Positions 52,301-64,000 of a stretch of DNA of 64,000 nt are shown piece after piece. A program made the translations under genes and the position numbers. Every line of letters starts with the position of its first letter. Within the stretch, counting starts at the first letter, position 1. The notes below the pieces were generated by a model. It had not been told where the DNA came from and made no database searches. It saw only the letters and a list, made by a program, of their open reading frames with translations. The stretch is from Octopus vulgaris (lineage: Eukaryota): contig OX597842.1 of assembly GCA_951406725.2 (NCBI GenBank), forward strand, positions 27,466,001 through 27,530,000, given 5' to 3'.

Positions 52301-54160
52301 ATTTAGCTGTTATTTCTAGCACATCTCATACCCCAAAGCAGTACTTTGTGTGATTTAAAGTCAATTTAGCTGTTATTTCTTAGCACATCTCATACCCCAA
52401 AGCAGTACTTTGTGTGATTTAAAGTCAATTTAGCTGTTATTTCTAGCACATCTCATACCCCAAAGCAGTACTTTGTGTGATTTAAAGTCAATTTAGCTGT
52501 TATTTCTAGCACATCTCATACCCCAAAGCAGTACTTTGTGTGATTTAAAGTCAATTTAGCTGTTATTTCTAGCACATCTCATACCCCAAAGCAGTACTTT
52601 GTGTGATTTAAAGTCAATTTAGCTGTTATTTCTAGCACATCTCATACCCCAAAGCAGTACTTTGTGTGATTTAAAGTCAATTTAGCTGTTATTTCTAGCA
52701 CATCTCATACCCCAAAGCAGTACTTTGTGTGATTTAAAGTCAATTTAGCTGTTATTTCTAGCACATCTCATACCCCAAAGCAGTACTTTGTGTGATTTAA
52801 AGTCAATTTAGCTGTTATTTCTAGCACATCTCATACCCCAAAGCAGTACTTTGTGTGATTTAAAGTCAATTTAGCTGTTATTTTTAGCACATCTCATACC
52901 CCAAAGCAGTACTTTGTGTGATTTAAAGTCAATTTAGCTGTTATTTCTAGCACATCTCATACCCCAAAGCAGTACTTTGTGTGATTTAAAGTCAATTTAG
53001 CTGTTATTTCTAGCACATCTCATACCCCAAAGCAGTACTTTGTGTGATTTAAAGTCAATTTAGCTGTTATTTCTAGCACATCTCATACCCCAAAGCAGTA
53101 CTTTGTGTGATTTAAAGTCGATTTAGCTGTTATTTCTAGCACATCTCATACCCCAAAGCAATACTTTGTGTGATTTAAAGTCAATTTAGCTGTTATTTTT
53201 AGCACATCTCATACCCCAAAGCAGTACTTTGTGTGATTTAAAGTCGATTTAGCTGTTATTTCTAGCACATCTCATACCCCAAAGCAGTACTTTGTGTGAT
53301 TTAAAGTCAATTTAGCTGTTATTTCTAGCACATCTCATACCCCAAAGCAGTACTTTGTGTGATTTAAAGTCAATTTAGCTGTTATTTTTAGCACATCTCA
53401 TACCCCAAAGCAGTACTTTGTGTGATTTAAAGTCGATTTAGCTGTTATTTCTAGCACATCTCATACCCCAAAGCAGTACTTTGTGTGATTTAAAGTCGAT
53501 TTAGCTGTTATTTCTAGCACATCTCATACCCCAAGGCAATACTTTGTATGATTTAAAGTCGATTTAGCTGTTATTTTTAGCACATCTCATACCCCAAAGC
53601 AGTACTTTGTGTGATTTAAAGTCGATTTAGCTGTTATTTTTAGCACATCTCATACCCCAAAGCAATACTTTGTATGATTTAAAGTCGATTTAGCTGTTAT
53701 TTTTAGCACATCTCATACCCCAAAGCGATACTTTGTATGATTTAAAGTCGATTTAGCTGTTATTTTTAGCACATCTCATACCCCAAAGCGATACTTTGTA
53801 TGATTTAAAGTCGATTTAGCTGTTATTTCTAGCACATCTCATACCCCAAAGCAATACTTTGTATGATTTAAAGTCGATTTAGCTGTTATTTCTAGCACAT
53901 CTCATACCCCAAAGCGATACTTTGTATGATTTAAAGTCAATTTAGCTGTTATTTCTAGCACATCTCATACCCCAAAGCGATACTTTGTATGATTTAAAGT
54001 CGATTTAGCTGTTATTTCTAGCACATCTCATACCCCAAAGCAATACTTTGTATGATTTAAAGTCGATTTAGCTGTTATTTTTAGCACATCTCATACCCCA
54101 AAGCAATACTTTGTATGATTTAAAGTCGATTTGGCTGTTATTTCTAGCACATCTCATACT
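49312..54160. repeat. 63-bp tandem satellite, about 77 copies
   Basis: aaagcagtactttgtgtgatttaaagtc(a/g)atttagctgttattt(c/t)tagcacatctcatacccc; one short interruption at about 51568-51590. Confidence 0.97.
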
Positions 54161-54214
54161 GCTTTAATGTTTTTTTTGTGTTTTTTATAATGAACAATAA
54201 AGGCCAAAGGGTTT

Positions 54215-54360
54215 ACTTACCTTTAGAGGTGCAGACGTTTTTCGGCGGGTTTCAAATTGTCCAACGTCTCAACAACGGAAAAAACTGGGAGAATGATTAA
54301 AGAGCGAATTAGGGGACGTAAATAAGGGAGAACGAACTCGAGTGAGTGTGAGTGAGGCTA
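54215..54360 (-). promoter_or_regulatory. Putative non-coding first exon with a consensus splice donor, in a CpG-richer unique segment
   Basis: Minus strand ...cacctctaaag|GTAAGT; tcactcacactcactc initiator-like stretch about 120 nt upstream; no ATG. Confidence 0.45.
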
Positions 54361-55419
54361 AAAGGAAAACTTTGTGGATTCTGGGTGTGGCAGAATAACG
54401 AGGATCTTTAGATATTTCTCTGCTGTTAGGAAGGGCTAAAAAAGGTACGATGATTTTAGGCGGGATCCTTCACGGCAGAATAGTTTGCGCGCCGGGCGAA
54501 ATGCTTTGTGGTATTTCGTCTGCCGCTACGTTCTGAGTTCAAATTCCGCCGAGGTCAACTTTGCCTTTTATCCTTTCGGGGTCGATTAAATAAGTACCAG
54601 TTGCGCACTGGAGTCGATATAATCGACTTAATCCGTCTGTTTGTCCTCTTTGTGTTTAGCCCCTTGTGGGTAGTAAAGAAATAGGTATTTCGTCCGTCTT
54701 TATGTTCTGAGTTCAAATTCCGTCGAGGTCGACTTTGCCTTTCATCCTTTCGGGGTCGATTAAATAAGTACCGGTTACGCACTGGAGTAGATATAATCGA
54801 CTTAATCCGTGTGTCTGTCCTTGTTTGTCTCCTCTGTGTTTAGCCCCTTGCGGGTAGTAAAGAAATAGATTTCATTAGTCTGATACATGTTAGTAAACAT
54901 TTTTCTTCAGAGAAAAAACGGATTTCAAAAGACCAACTGAAATGAAAGTTTTCTCTCCTTTAGCACAAGCACCTGGGGAAACATAAGGGCACCGCCCAAC
55001 CATTTCGCCTGACCCACTTTTGAGGAGGAAGTAAAACTGAAGACAACTCCAACTAAGGCCATCATACCATCATCCGCCATGCCAGGTGACCAATACCCCA
55101 GATCGTTCCATTCCCGACCTGGTCTTCTGATCCATGTCAGGTTTAAGCATCATAGGGGCACCGGATGAACGGAACCCGGACACGAGTGGTGCCGACGACG
55201 ATCTTATCTCAGGAAACATGGTTATGGTACAATATAAAGATCTGTGGATAGCCCTGTTGAGGGTTGTTAGGGTTTGATCCTTCTTCAGACGTCCTGGAAG
55301 CATTAGATGTCCTTCTAGAAGAGGAGCTCATTCCGGCGGTGAAGGCTGGGGTTGCTTTCTTGCTAATGAAGCGGACCTCTGCACTTCTGAAGTTGGGTTG
55401 CGACCGATCCTTAACGAAT

Positions 55420-56360
55420 GACGACGGAAGAATGTATAGTGAAGGGGAGGGTGATAGTTATAGATGTATTATAAAAGGGGGAGGAGGTTTTGGTAGTAGA
55501 GAGAGGAAAAGAGGACGAAGATGTAGTGTGAAAGAGAGAGGGAGAGGATGAGAGTAAAAACATAATGGGAGTGGTAGTAATAGATGTACTGTAACAGGAG
55601 GAGGAGGTTTTGGTAGTAGGGAGAGAAAAGGAGGACGAAGATGTAGTGTGAAAGAGAGAGGGAGAGGATGACAGTAAAAACATAATCGGAGTGGTAGTAA
55701 TAGATGTACTGTAACAGGAGGAGGAGGTTTTAGTGGAGCGAGAGAGAGAAAGAGTAATGTGACAGCGAGACAGGAAGAGAGTAGCAGTTTATGGGAGTGA
55801 GAGTAATAGATGTACATTAACAGGAGGAGGAGGTTTCAGTCGAGGGAGGGGGAAAGGACGAAGGAATAAGGTGGATTGTGAGAGTATGAGGGTAGGAGTG
55901 GCAGTATTAGAGAGTTATAGGAAGAGGGAGTCATTGTGATTGGGTGACGTACTAATAAGTGTTATTGTGAAAGGGGGAGGAAGGTATTAGTGGGAGAGAA
56001 GGACTGGCGAAATAGTCAGAGAGATGAGAGAGGAAATAAGAATTTATGAAAGTAGAGAGAGAGTGTGTCGGGAAGCGGACGACACTGTAAGAAATAGGAG
56101 GGAGAGAGAGATATTAAGGGAGTGGTAGTAATAGGTGTACTGGGAAAGAGAGAGGAAGGTACGATGTGTGAGGGAGAGAAAAGAAGAAAGGGAAGGCGTA
56201 GTATGAGAGAGTTGAATAAGAGAGAGAGAGAGAGATATTGTAAGAGAGTGACGGGAAAGGAAGACAACGTGAAAGAGGAACAGTATGAGGTAATAATTGT
56301 GAGTGTTAGAGAGGAAAACACTGTGAGAGAGAGATACGGAGGTCGAGGAAGACACTATAA
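55420..56360. repeat. GA-rich low-complexity tract with about 120-bp tandem units
   Basis: Repeated gtaatagatgtactgtaacaggaggaggaggtttt... Confidence 0.8.
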
Positions 56361-57569
56361 GGCCTCATTGATTGGTTGAAATTGCAGAAATTGAAGAAAA
56401 ATAACCACAAATGGATCTTTTCGGTTTGACCGGCAGTTTTTTCTAGCGGTGTCATATGAAATTGTCACCCATAATCATGACCCTAGTATCGATCTATTGC
56501 ATTTCAATCTGTTTTAGGGTTAGGGGTGGTGGAAGGGTATCTTTTTTTCTTCAGAAATGTAAATAAACCCAATCTGTTTTTTAAACGAGGGACATATTCA
56601 TACGGCACAGAATGTTTTTTTTACCTCAATAGACGTCATTGATTGGTTGAAATTGCAGAAATTGAAGAAAAATAACCACAAATGGATCTTTTCGGTTTGA
56701 CCGGCAGGTTTTTCTAGCGGTGTCATATGAAATTGTCACCCATAATTAAGACCCTAGTTTCGATCTATTGCATTTCAATCTGTTTTAGGGTTAGGGTGTG
56801 GCGAAGGGTATCTTTTTTTCTTCACAAATGTAAATAAACCCAATCTGTTTTTTAAACGAGGGACATATTCATACGGCACAGAAAGTTGTTTTTTTTTACC
56901 TCAATAGACGTCATTGATTGGTTGAAATTGCAGAAATTGAAGAAAAAACAACAACAAATATCTTACAAACCACAGAATTTTCTCAATAAAGCCAAGAGAA
57001 AAAGATGTTTTATAAACACATTCTACCAGTATACGAGTAAGATAATTGAATAGAATAAAAGTAAAAAATCCATCGTCTCACAATCAAGATGAACCAAAAT
57101 TATAAACACTCATCAAATTTTTATTTTTCTAAATTCAAAAATTACAAAAAGAAAGAAAAGCGAGAGTAAAACCACTTGAGTAGGAAATAAAACAAAGGGT
57201 GAAACAGGATTTATCAAATTCTCAAAAGCCATGTAATCAAAACAAAACCAGAGAGGATAAAACGCCTATAACAGGCATCCGCAGGAGTGGCTGTGTGGTA
57301 AGTAGCTTGCTTACCAACCACATGGAATTTTGCAAAACAAATATTTAAAAATTGTTGTAAGTGGAGGTTCTTTTACTTTTTTATTCTTTTATTTGTTTCA
57401 GTCGCAGGAGTGGCTGTGTGGTAAGTAGCTTGCTAACCAACCACATGTTTGCGGGTTCAGTCCCACTGCGTGGCATCTAAGGCAAGTGTCTTCTGCTATA
57501 GTTCCGGGCCGACCAATGCCTTGTGAGTGAATTTGGTAGACGGAAACTGAAAGAAGCCTGTCGTATATG

Positions 57570-58090
57570 CATGCACACACATATGCATGCATGTATGTAT
57601 GTATGTGTGTGTATGTATGTATGTATGTATGTATGTATATGTGTGTGTGTATGTATTGTATGTATGTATGTATGTGTGTACTGTATGTATTGTATTTATG
57701 TATGTATGTATGTATTGTATGTATGTATGTATGTGAGTATGTATGTGTGTATGTATGTACTGTATGTATGTATGAATATATGTATGTATGTATTGTATGT
57801 ATTGTATGTATGTATGTATGTGTGTATGTATGTGTGTATGAATATATGTATGTATGTATGTATTGTATTTATGTATGTATGCATGCATATGTATGTATGT
57901 GTGTGCATGCATATGTATGTATGTGTGTGCATATGTATGTATGTATGTGTGTGCATCTGTATGTACGTACCCTGCATATTTATGTGCTTGCCCGTCTGTG
58001 TTTGTGTATTTTCTATGTATGCGTGTGTGAGCATGTGTTTGTATATGTATGCACCTCTGTCTCCTTGTGTGTGTGTGTGTGTGTTTTGCA
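57570..58090. repeat. (TATG)n/(TG)n compound microsatellite
   Basis: Directly visible. Confidence 0.95.
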
Positions 58091-58531
58091 TCAATGTACC
58101 TTGTTTGTATGTATGGATGTGCCTCTTTATATGTGTGGACCCGTGTCTCCATATACTCTGTTTACTCTTTTACTTGTTTCAGTCATTTGACCGCGGCCAT
58201 GCTGGAGCACCGCCTTTAGTCTATATATATATATAGTGGCTAATACCATAGCGGATTTATTTTTAGCGCAAGAGTCGACCATATGGTGGTCACCCTCTTA
58301 TATTTGTGTATATATGTATATATACTCTTTTACTCTTTTACTTGTTTCAGTCATTTGACTGCGGCCATGCTGGAGCACCGCCTTTAGTCGATCTAATCGA
58401 CCCCGGGACTTATTCATTGTAAGCCCAGTACTTATTCTATCGGTCTCTTTTGCCGAACCGCTAAGTGACGGGGACGTAAACATACCAGCATTGGTTGTCA
58501 AGCAATGCTAGGGGGACAAAAACACACACAT

Positions 58532-58572
<41 letters not shown>

Positions 58573-58573
58573 A

Positions 58574-58892
58574 GGGTGCGTGGCTTAGTGGTTAGGGCAT
58601 TCGGCTCATGATCGTAAGGTTGTGAGTTCGATTCCCGGCGACGCGTTGTGTCCTTGAGCAAGACACTTTATTTCACGTTGCTCCAGTCCACTCAGCTGGC
58701 AAAAATGAGTTGTACTTGTATTTCAAAGGGTCAGCCTTGTCACTCTCTGTGTCACGCTGATTATCCCCGAGAACTATGTTAAGGGTACACGTGTCTGTGG
58801 AATGCTCAGCCATTTGCACGTTAATTTCACGAGCAGGCTGCTCCGTTGATTGTATCAGCTGGGACCCTCGTCGTCGTAACCGGCGGAGTCTT
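58574..58892 (+). mobile_element. tRNA-derived SINE nested in an antisense copy of another SINE
   Basis: A box tggcttagtgg, B box gagttcgattccc, then gtgtccttgagcaagacac core; flanked by TA tracts inside SINE 58320-59075. Confidence 0.75.
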
Positions 58893-59208
58893 TAATATAT
58901 ATACATATATATGACAGGCTTCTTTCAGTTTCCGTCTACCAAATTCACTCACAAGGCATTGGTCGGCCCGGAACTATAGCAGAAGACACTTGTCCAAGAT
59001 GCCACGCAGTGGGACTGAACCCGCAACCATGTGGTTGGTTAGCAAGCTACATAGCACACAGCCACTCCTGCGCCTCATGTGGAGTAAAGTGTGTGTGTGT
59101 ATATATGGTCATGTGTTTCAGTCTCCATTTGCGTATGTGTGCTTGTCTGTTCTTGTAACCTATCTACCTATCCGTCTGTATCTTGATCTGTTTATTTTCA
59201 TATCCATA

Positions 59209-59607
59209 GGCGCAGGAGTGGCTGTGTGGTAAGTAGCTTGTTTACCAACCATATGATTCCAGGTTCAGTCCCACTGCGTGGCACCTTGGGCAGGTGTCTT
59301 CTACTATAGCCTCGGGCCAACCAAAGCCTTGTGAGTGGATTTGGTAGAAGGAAACTGAAAGAAGCCCGTCGTATATATGTGTGTGTGCGTGTATGTTTGT
59401 GTGTCTGTGTTTGTCCCCCTAGCATTTGCTTGACAACCGATGCTGGTGTGTTTACGTCCCCGTCACTTAGCGGTTCGGCAAAAGAGGCCAATAGAATAAG
59501 TACAAGGCTTACAAAGAATAAGTCCCGGGGTCGAGTTGCTCGACTAAAGGCGGTGCTCCAGCATGGCCGCAGTCAAATGACTGAAACAAGTAAAAGAGTA
59601 AAAGAGT
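59209..59607 (+). mobile_element. Full-length copy of the dominant SINE family (other copies at about 19415-19575, 42890-43262, 44030-44500, 46215-46620, 57400-57570, 61130-61550)
   Basis: ggcgcaggagtggctgtgtggtaag...ggttcagtccc...gcagtcaaatgactgaaacaagtaaaagag repeated many times on both strands. Confidence 0.88.
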
Positions 59608-60204
59608 ATATATATATATATATATATATATACAAAATAAGAAAATGGAGAAATACATCCAATTCAAATATCAACTACCAGATAATACCCAATCACATAA
59701 TTTATTAAAATAACTACATATGAACATCAAGGTCTCCTTCATGTACACTGTTTTGTTCTATATTATTATGTTTGACCTTAAAGTTTCTTATGTGGTGGTT
59801 CAATAAAGTATGTGATTGGGTATTATCTGGTAATTGATATTTGATTTGGATGTATTTCCCCATTTTCTTATTTTGTATTATTAATTTGTGGTGAAACATA
59901 TAATACATATAATACAGTAAATTAATTAATTGCATCGCAATCCTTAACATTTATGTATTAACTTTGTTGGGTGCTTCACTAGCAGTATATTGGATATATG
60001 TTATCCCATGGAGGGTTGCATTTACACACATATTAATATATATACACACACATATATTCAAATATATATATATAAACACACATACACACACACGCACATA
60101 TCAATATATATACACACACACACACACGCACACACATATCAATATACACACACATATCAATATATACACACACGCACGCACACACACATATCCATCTCAC
60201 CAAT

Positions 60205-60478
60205 AACAACACTGAACACCTTTTTGATCTCCATGTGTCTAACACACGTGGACATGCCTACAAAGTCAGAAAACAACACAGCTCCCATGACTTTCGGAAA
60301 CATTTCTTCACACTCAGAGTTGCTGAAGCGTGGAATAAACTGCCTGCGTGTCAGTTGTTGACTGCCATGACACTGCATCCTTTAAGGCCCTCATGCTTTC
60401 CGAAATCCGTCGAAACTACACCTGATTATATATACACTTTCGATGAGTTGTAGTGCACCTGAGCACTGTACACGATGT

Positions 60479-60500
<22 letters not shown>
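60205..60500 (+). mobile_element. CR1/L2 LINE 3' end with (TTA)n tail
   Basis: NTRGHAYKVRKQHSSHDFRKHFFTLRVAEAWNKLP. Confidence 0.8.
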
Positions 60501-60509
<9 letters not shown>

Positions 60510-61293
60510 CACACACACACACACATATCAATATACACACACACACACATATCAATATACACACACACATATCAATATATACACACACGCACACACACAT
60601 ATCCATATATATATATACACACACACACGGACACACATATCAATATATACACACACACATATCCATATACACACACACATCTATATATATATCCATATTC
60701 ATCATCATAAACATCATCGTTTAACGTCCGCTTTCCATGCTAGCATGGGTGTGATTGAGGAGTGGTGAACCAGATGGCTGCGCCAGGCTCCAGTCTGATC
60801 TGGCAAGGTATCTACAGCTGGATGCCCTTCCTAATGCCAACCACTCCGAGAGTGTAGTGGGTGCTTTTACATGGCACCGACACGAGGGCCAGTCTGGCGG
60901 TACTGGCAACGGCCACGCTCGAAATGGGATTTTTTACGTGCCGCCTGCACAGGAGTCAGTCCAGCAGCACTGGCAGTGACCTTGCTCGAATGTTTTGTTC
61001 CCGTGCCACTGCCACAAGTGCCAGTAAGGCACGCTGGTACCAATCATGCTGAAATGGTGCTTTTTATGTCCCCACCGGCACGGAAGCCAGACAGCTTCTC
61101 TGGCAGTGCTCCCACTCGGATGGAGCTGTTAGCTCCTGTGTGGTAAGTAGCTTGCTTACCAAACACATGGTTCTGGGTTCAGTCCCACTGCGTGGTACCT
61201 TGGGCAAGTGTCTTCTACTATAGCCTCAGGCTGACCAAAGCCTTGTGAGTGGATTTGGTAGACGGAAACTGAAAGAAGCCTGTCGTATATATG

Positions 61294-61327
<34 letters not shown>

Positions 61328-61693
61328 CGTGTGTGTATGTTTGTGTGTCTGTGTTTATCCCCCCATCATTGCTTGACAACCGATGCTGGTGTGTTTACGT
61401 CCCCGTCACTTAGCGGTTCGGCAAAAGAGAACGATAGAATAAGTACTGGGCTTACAAAAGAATAAGTCCCGGGGTCGAGTTGCTCGATTAAAAAGGCGGT
61501 GCTTCAGCATGGTCGCAGTCAACTGACTGAAACAAGTAAAAGAGTAAAGAGTAAATACGCTTACATACAAAAAAAAAATGCATACACACCCACTCACACC
61601 CTCACACACACATACATATATTTATCTACCTAACAGCCGACTAACTATTCTACTCTACCTGTGTAAACTGTGGGTATGGAGGTATGATATCTA

Positions 61694-61880
61694 CTAAATA
61701 TATTTCCTATTTAGTATTGGGGAGGTTTCACTTATAAGGATGTACTCCCGTATCTGTCTGAGTTTTGGGTCTTTTGGGGTGCTTGGATTAGATGCGGATG
61801 CCAAGTTGACCCAAGTTACCTCCATGGTGGTCTTTGGCATGTTGGTAGAGTACAGAGAACTGTTTTCTGTCATCATATTG
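61694..61880 (-). mobile_element. Possible Penelope GIY-YIG C-terminal remnant
   Basis: LRQIREYILISETSPILNR resembles the ExxxIxxxxPxLN end motif. Confidence 0.4.
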
Positions 61881-61917
61881 TCTTAGATGTTCATTTATTC
61901 GGTCCGCAATGCTCCTA

Positions 61918-64000
61918 GATGTCAATGGAATTATAATAGAAGACTAACACTAACTTAACCTTTCATTGTTGTGGGGTTGATAAAATAAAGTAGCAGTGAT
62001 ATACTGGGGTAGATTTAATATTCCTATAAAACATCCAAGATGTCAATGGAATTATAATAGAAGACTAACACTAACTTTACCTTTCATTGTTGTGGGGTTG
62101 ATAAAAGAAAGTAGCAGTGATATACTGGGGTAGATTTAATATTCCTATAAAACATCCAAGATGTCAATGGAATTATAATAGAAGATTAACACTAACTTTA
62201 CCTTTCATTGTTGTGGGGTTGATAAAAGAAAGTAGCAGTGATATACTGGGGTAGATTTAATATTCCTATAAAACATCCAAGATGTCAATGGAATTATAAT
62301 AGAAGACTAACACTAACTTTACCTTTCATTGTTGTGGGGTTGATAAAAGAAAGTAGCAGTGATATACTGGGGTAGATTTAATATTCCTATAAAACATCCA
62401 AGATGTCAATGGAATTATAATAGAAGATTAACACTAACTTTACCTTTCATTGCTGTGGGGTTGATAAAAGAAAGTAGCAGTGATATACTGGGGTAGATTT
62501 AATATTCCTATAAAACATCCAAGATGTCAATGGAATTATAATAGAAGATTAACACTAACTTTACCTTTCATTGTTGTGGGGTTGATAAAAGAAAGTAGCA
62601 GTGATATACTGGGGTAGATTTAATATTCCTATAAAACATCCAAGATGTCAATGGAATTATAATAGAAGATTAACACTAACTTTACCTTTCATTGTTGTGG
62701 GGTTGATAAAAGAAAGTAGCAGTGATATACTGGGGTAGATTTAATATTCCTATAAAACATCCAAGATGTCAATGGAATTATAATAGAAGACTAACACTAA
62801 CTTTACCTTTCATTGTTGTGGGGTTGATAAAATGAAATAGCAGTGATATACTGGGGTAGATTTAATATTCCTATAAAACATCCGAGATGTCAATGGAATT
62901 ATAATTGAAGACTAACATTAACTTTACCTTTCATTGTTGTGGGGTTGATAAAATAATGTAGCAGTGAAATACTGGGTAGATTTAATATTCCTATAAAACA
63001 TCCAAGATGTCAATGGAATTATAATAGAAGACTAACACTAACTTTACCTTTCATTGTTGTGGGGTTGATAAAATAAAGTAGCAGTGATATACTGGGGTAG
63101 ATTTAATATTCCTATAAAACATCCGAGATGTCAATGGAATTATAATAGAAGACTAACACTAACTTTACCTTTCATTGTTGTGAGGTTGATAAAATAAAGT
63201 AGCAGTGATATACTGGGGTAGATTTAATATTCCTATAACACATCCAAGATGTCAATGGAATTATAATAGAAGACTAACATTAACTTTACCTTTCATTGTT
63301 GTGGGGTTGATAAAATAAAGTAGCAGTGATATACTGGGGTAGATTTAATATTCCTATAAAACATCCAAGATGTCAATGGAATTATAATAGAAGACTAACA
63401 CTAACTTTACCTTTCATTGTTGTGGTGTTGATAAAATAAAGTAGCAGTGATATACTGGGGTAGATTTAATATTCCTATAAAACATCCAAGATGTCAATGG
63501 AATTATAATAGAAGACTAACACTAACTTTACCTTTCATTGTTGTGGGGTTGATAAAATAAAGTAGCAGTGATATACTGGGGTAGATTTAATATTCCTATA
63601 AAACATCCAAGATGTCAATGGAATTATAATAGAAGACTAACACTAACTTTACCTTTCATTGTTGTGGGGTTGATAAAATAAAGTAGCAGTGATATACTGG
63701 GGTAGATTTAATATTCCTATAAAACATCCGAGATGTCAATGGAATTATAATAGAAGACTAACACTAACTTTACCTTTCATTGTTGTGGGGTTGATAAAAT
63801 AAAGTAGCAGTGATATACTGGGGTAGATTTAATATTCCTATAAAACATCCAAGATGTCAATGGAATTATAATAGAAGACTAACACTAACTTTACCTTTCA
63901 TTGTTGTGGGGTTGATAAAATAAAGTAGCAGTGATATACTGGGGTAGATTTAATATTCCTATAAAACATCCAAGATGTCAATGGAATTATAATAGAAGAC
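61918..64000. repeat. 121-bp tandem satellite, at least 17 copies, running off the window
   Basis: agatgtcaatggaattataatagaaga...gggttgataaaataaagtagcagtgatatactggggtagatttaatattcctataaaacatcca. Confidence 0.97.

Larger units (their letters stand above)
24674..54350 (-). ncRNA. Predicted long spliced non-coding transcript antisense to a TE-fragment mosaic (candidate piRNA precursor)
   Basis: Minus-strand donor AAG|GTAAGT at 54221; acceptors at 43888, 41519, 41112 and 38839; donors at 41406 and 40081; poly(A) site at 24674; no long ORF. Confidence 0.4.

Noticed and set aside
55050-55410. GC-richer segment with short ORFs on both strands
   Set aside because: No recognisable motif or splice context; probably an unidentified TE remnant.
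58574-58650. tRNA-like sequence
   Set aside because: Has A and B boxes but no proper acceptor stem and continues into a SINE body; it is a SINE head, not a tRNA gene.

Overview
Eukaryotic (not prokaryotic) repeat-rich genomic DNA. The SINE families, (TA)n/(AAT)n tracts and TE types look like an octopus/coleoid cephalopod; this is inferred from recalled repeat families and not verified. The window has three parts. (1) 1-23.9 kb (+): the 3' part of a spliced gene for a single-pass membrane protein. It has tandem 249-nt phase-1 exons encoding an atypical Ig-like domain (CxxxC present, canonical B/F-strand cysteines absent), short linker exons, and a triplicated terminal transmembrane exon (two intact copies, one decayed). 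Its 14-kb last intron holds a Tx1-type LINE, a Penelope-like element with a hammerhead ribozyme motif, a LINE endonuclease fragment and a young full-length Ty3/gypsy LTR element (584-bp LTRs, tRNA-Trp PBS, -1 frameshift pseudoknot). (2) 24.7-54.4 kb: the most interesting part. From 26 to 38.8 kb lies a patchwork of short fragments from at least seven TE groups (Penelope, Tc1/mariner, CR1/L2, RTE, Merlin, LINE ORF1, gypsy gag and RT), all sense on the + strand. Minus-strand splice sites and a minus-strand poly(A) site frame it, outlining a long spliced non-coding RNA antisense to all of these TEs. This is a candidate flamenco-like uni-strand piRNA cluster/TE-memory locus (inference; needs small-RNA data). 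(3) 41-64 kb: SINEs, Merlin-type MITE arrays, hairpin elements, a 63-bp satellite (~77 copies) and a 121-bp SINE-derived satellite running off the end. No CRISPR array, rRNA or true tRNA gene was found. Most ORF-track entries are microsatellite or SINE artefacts.
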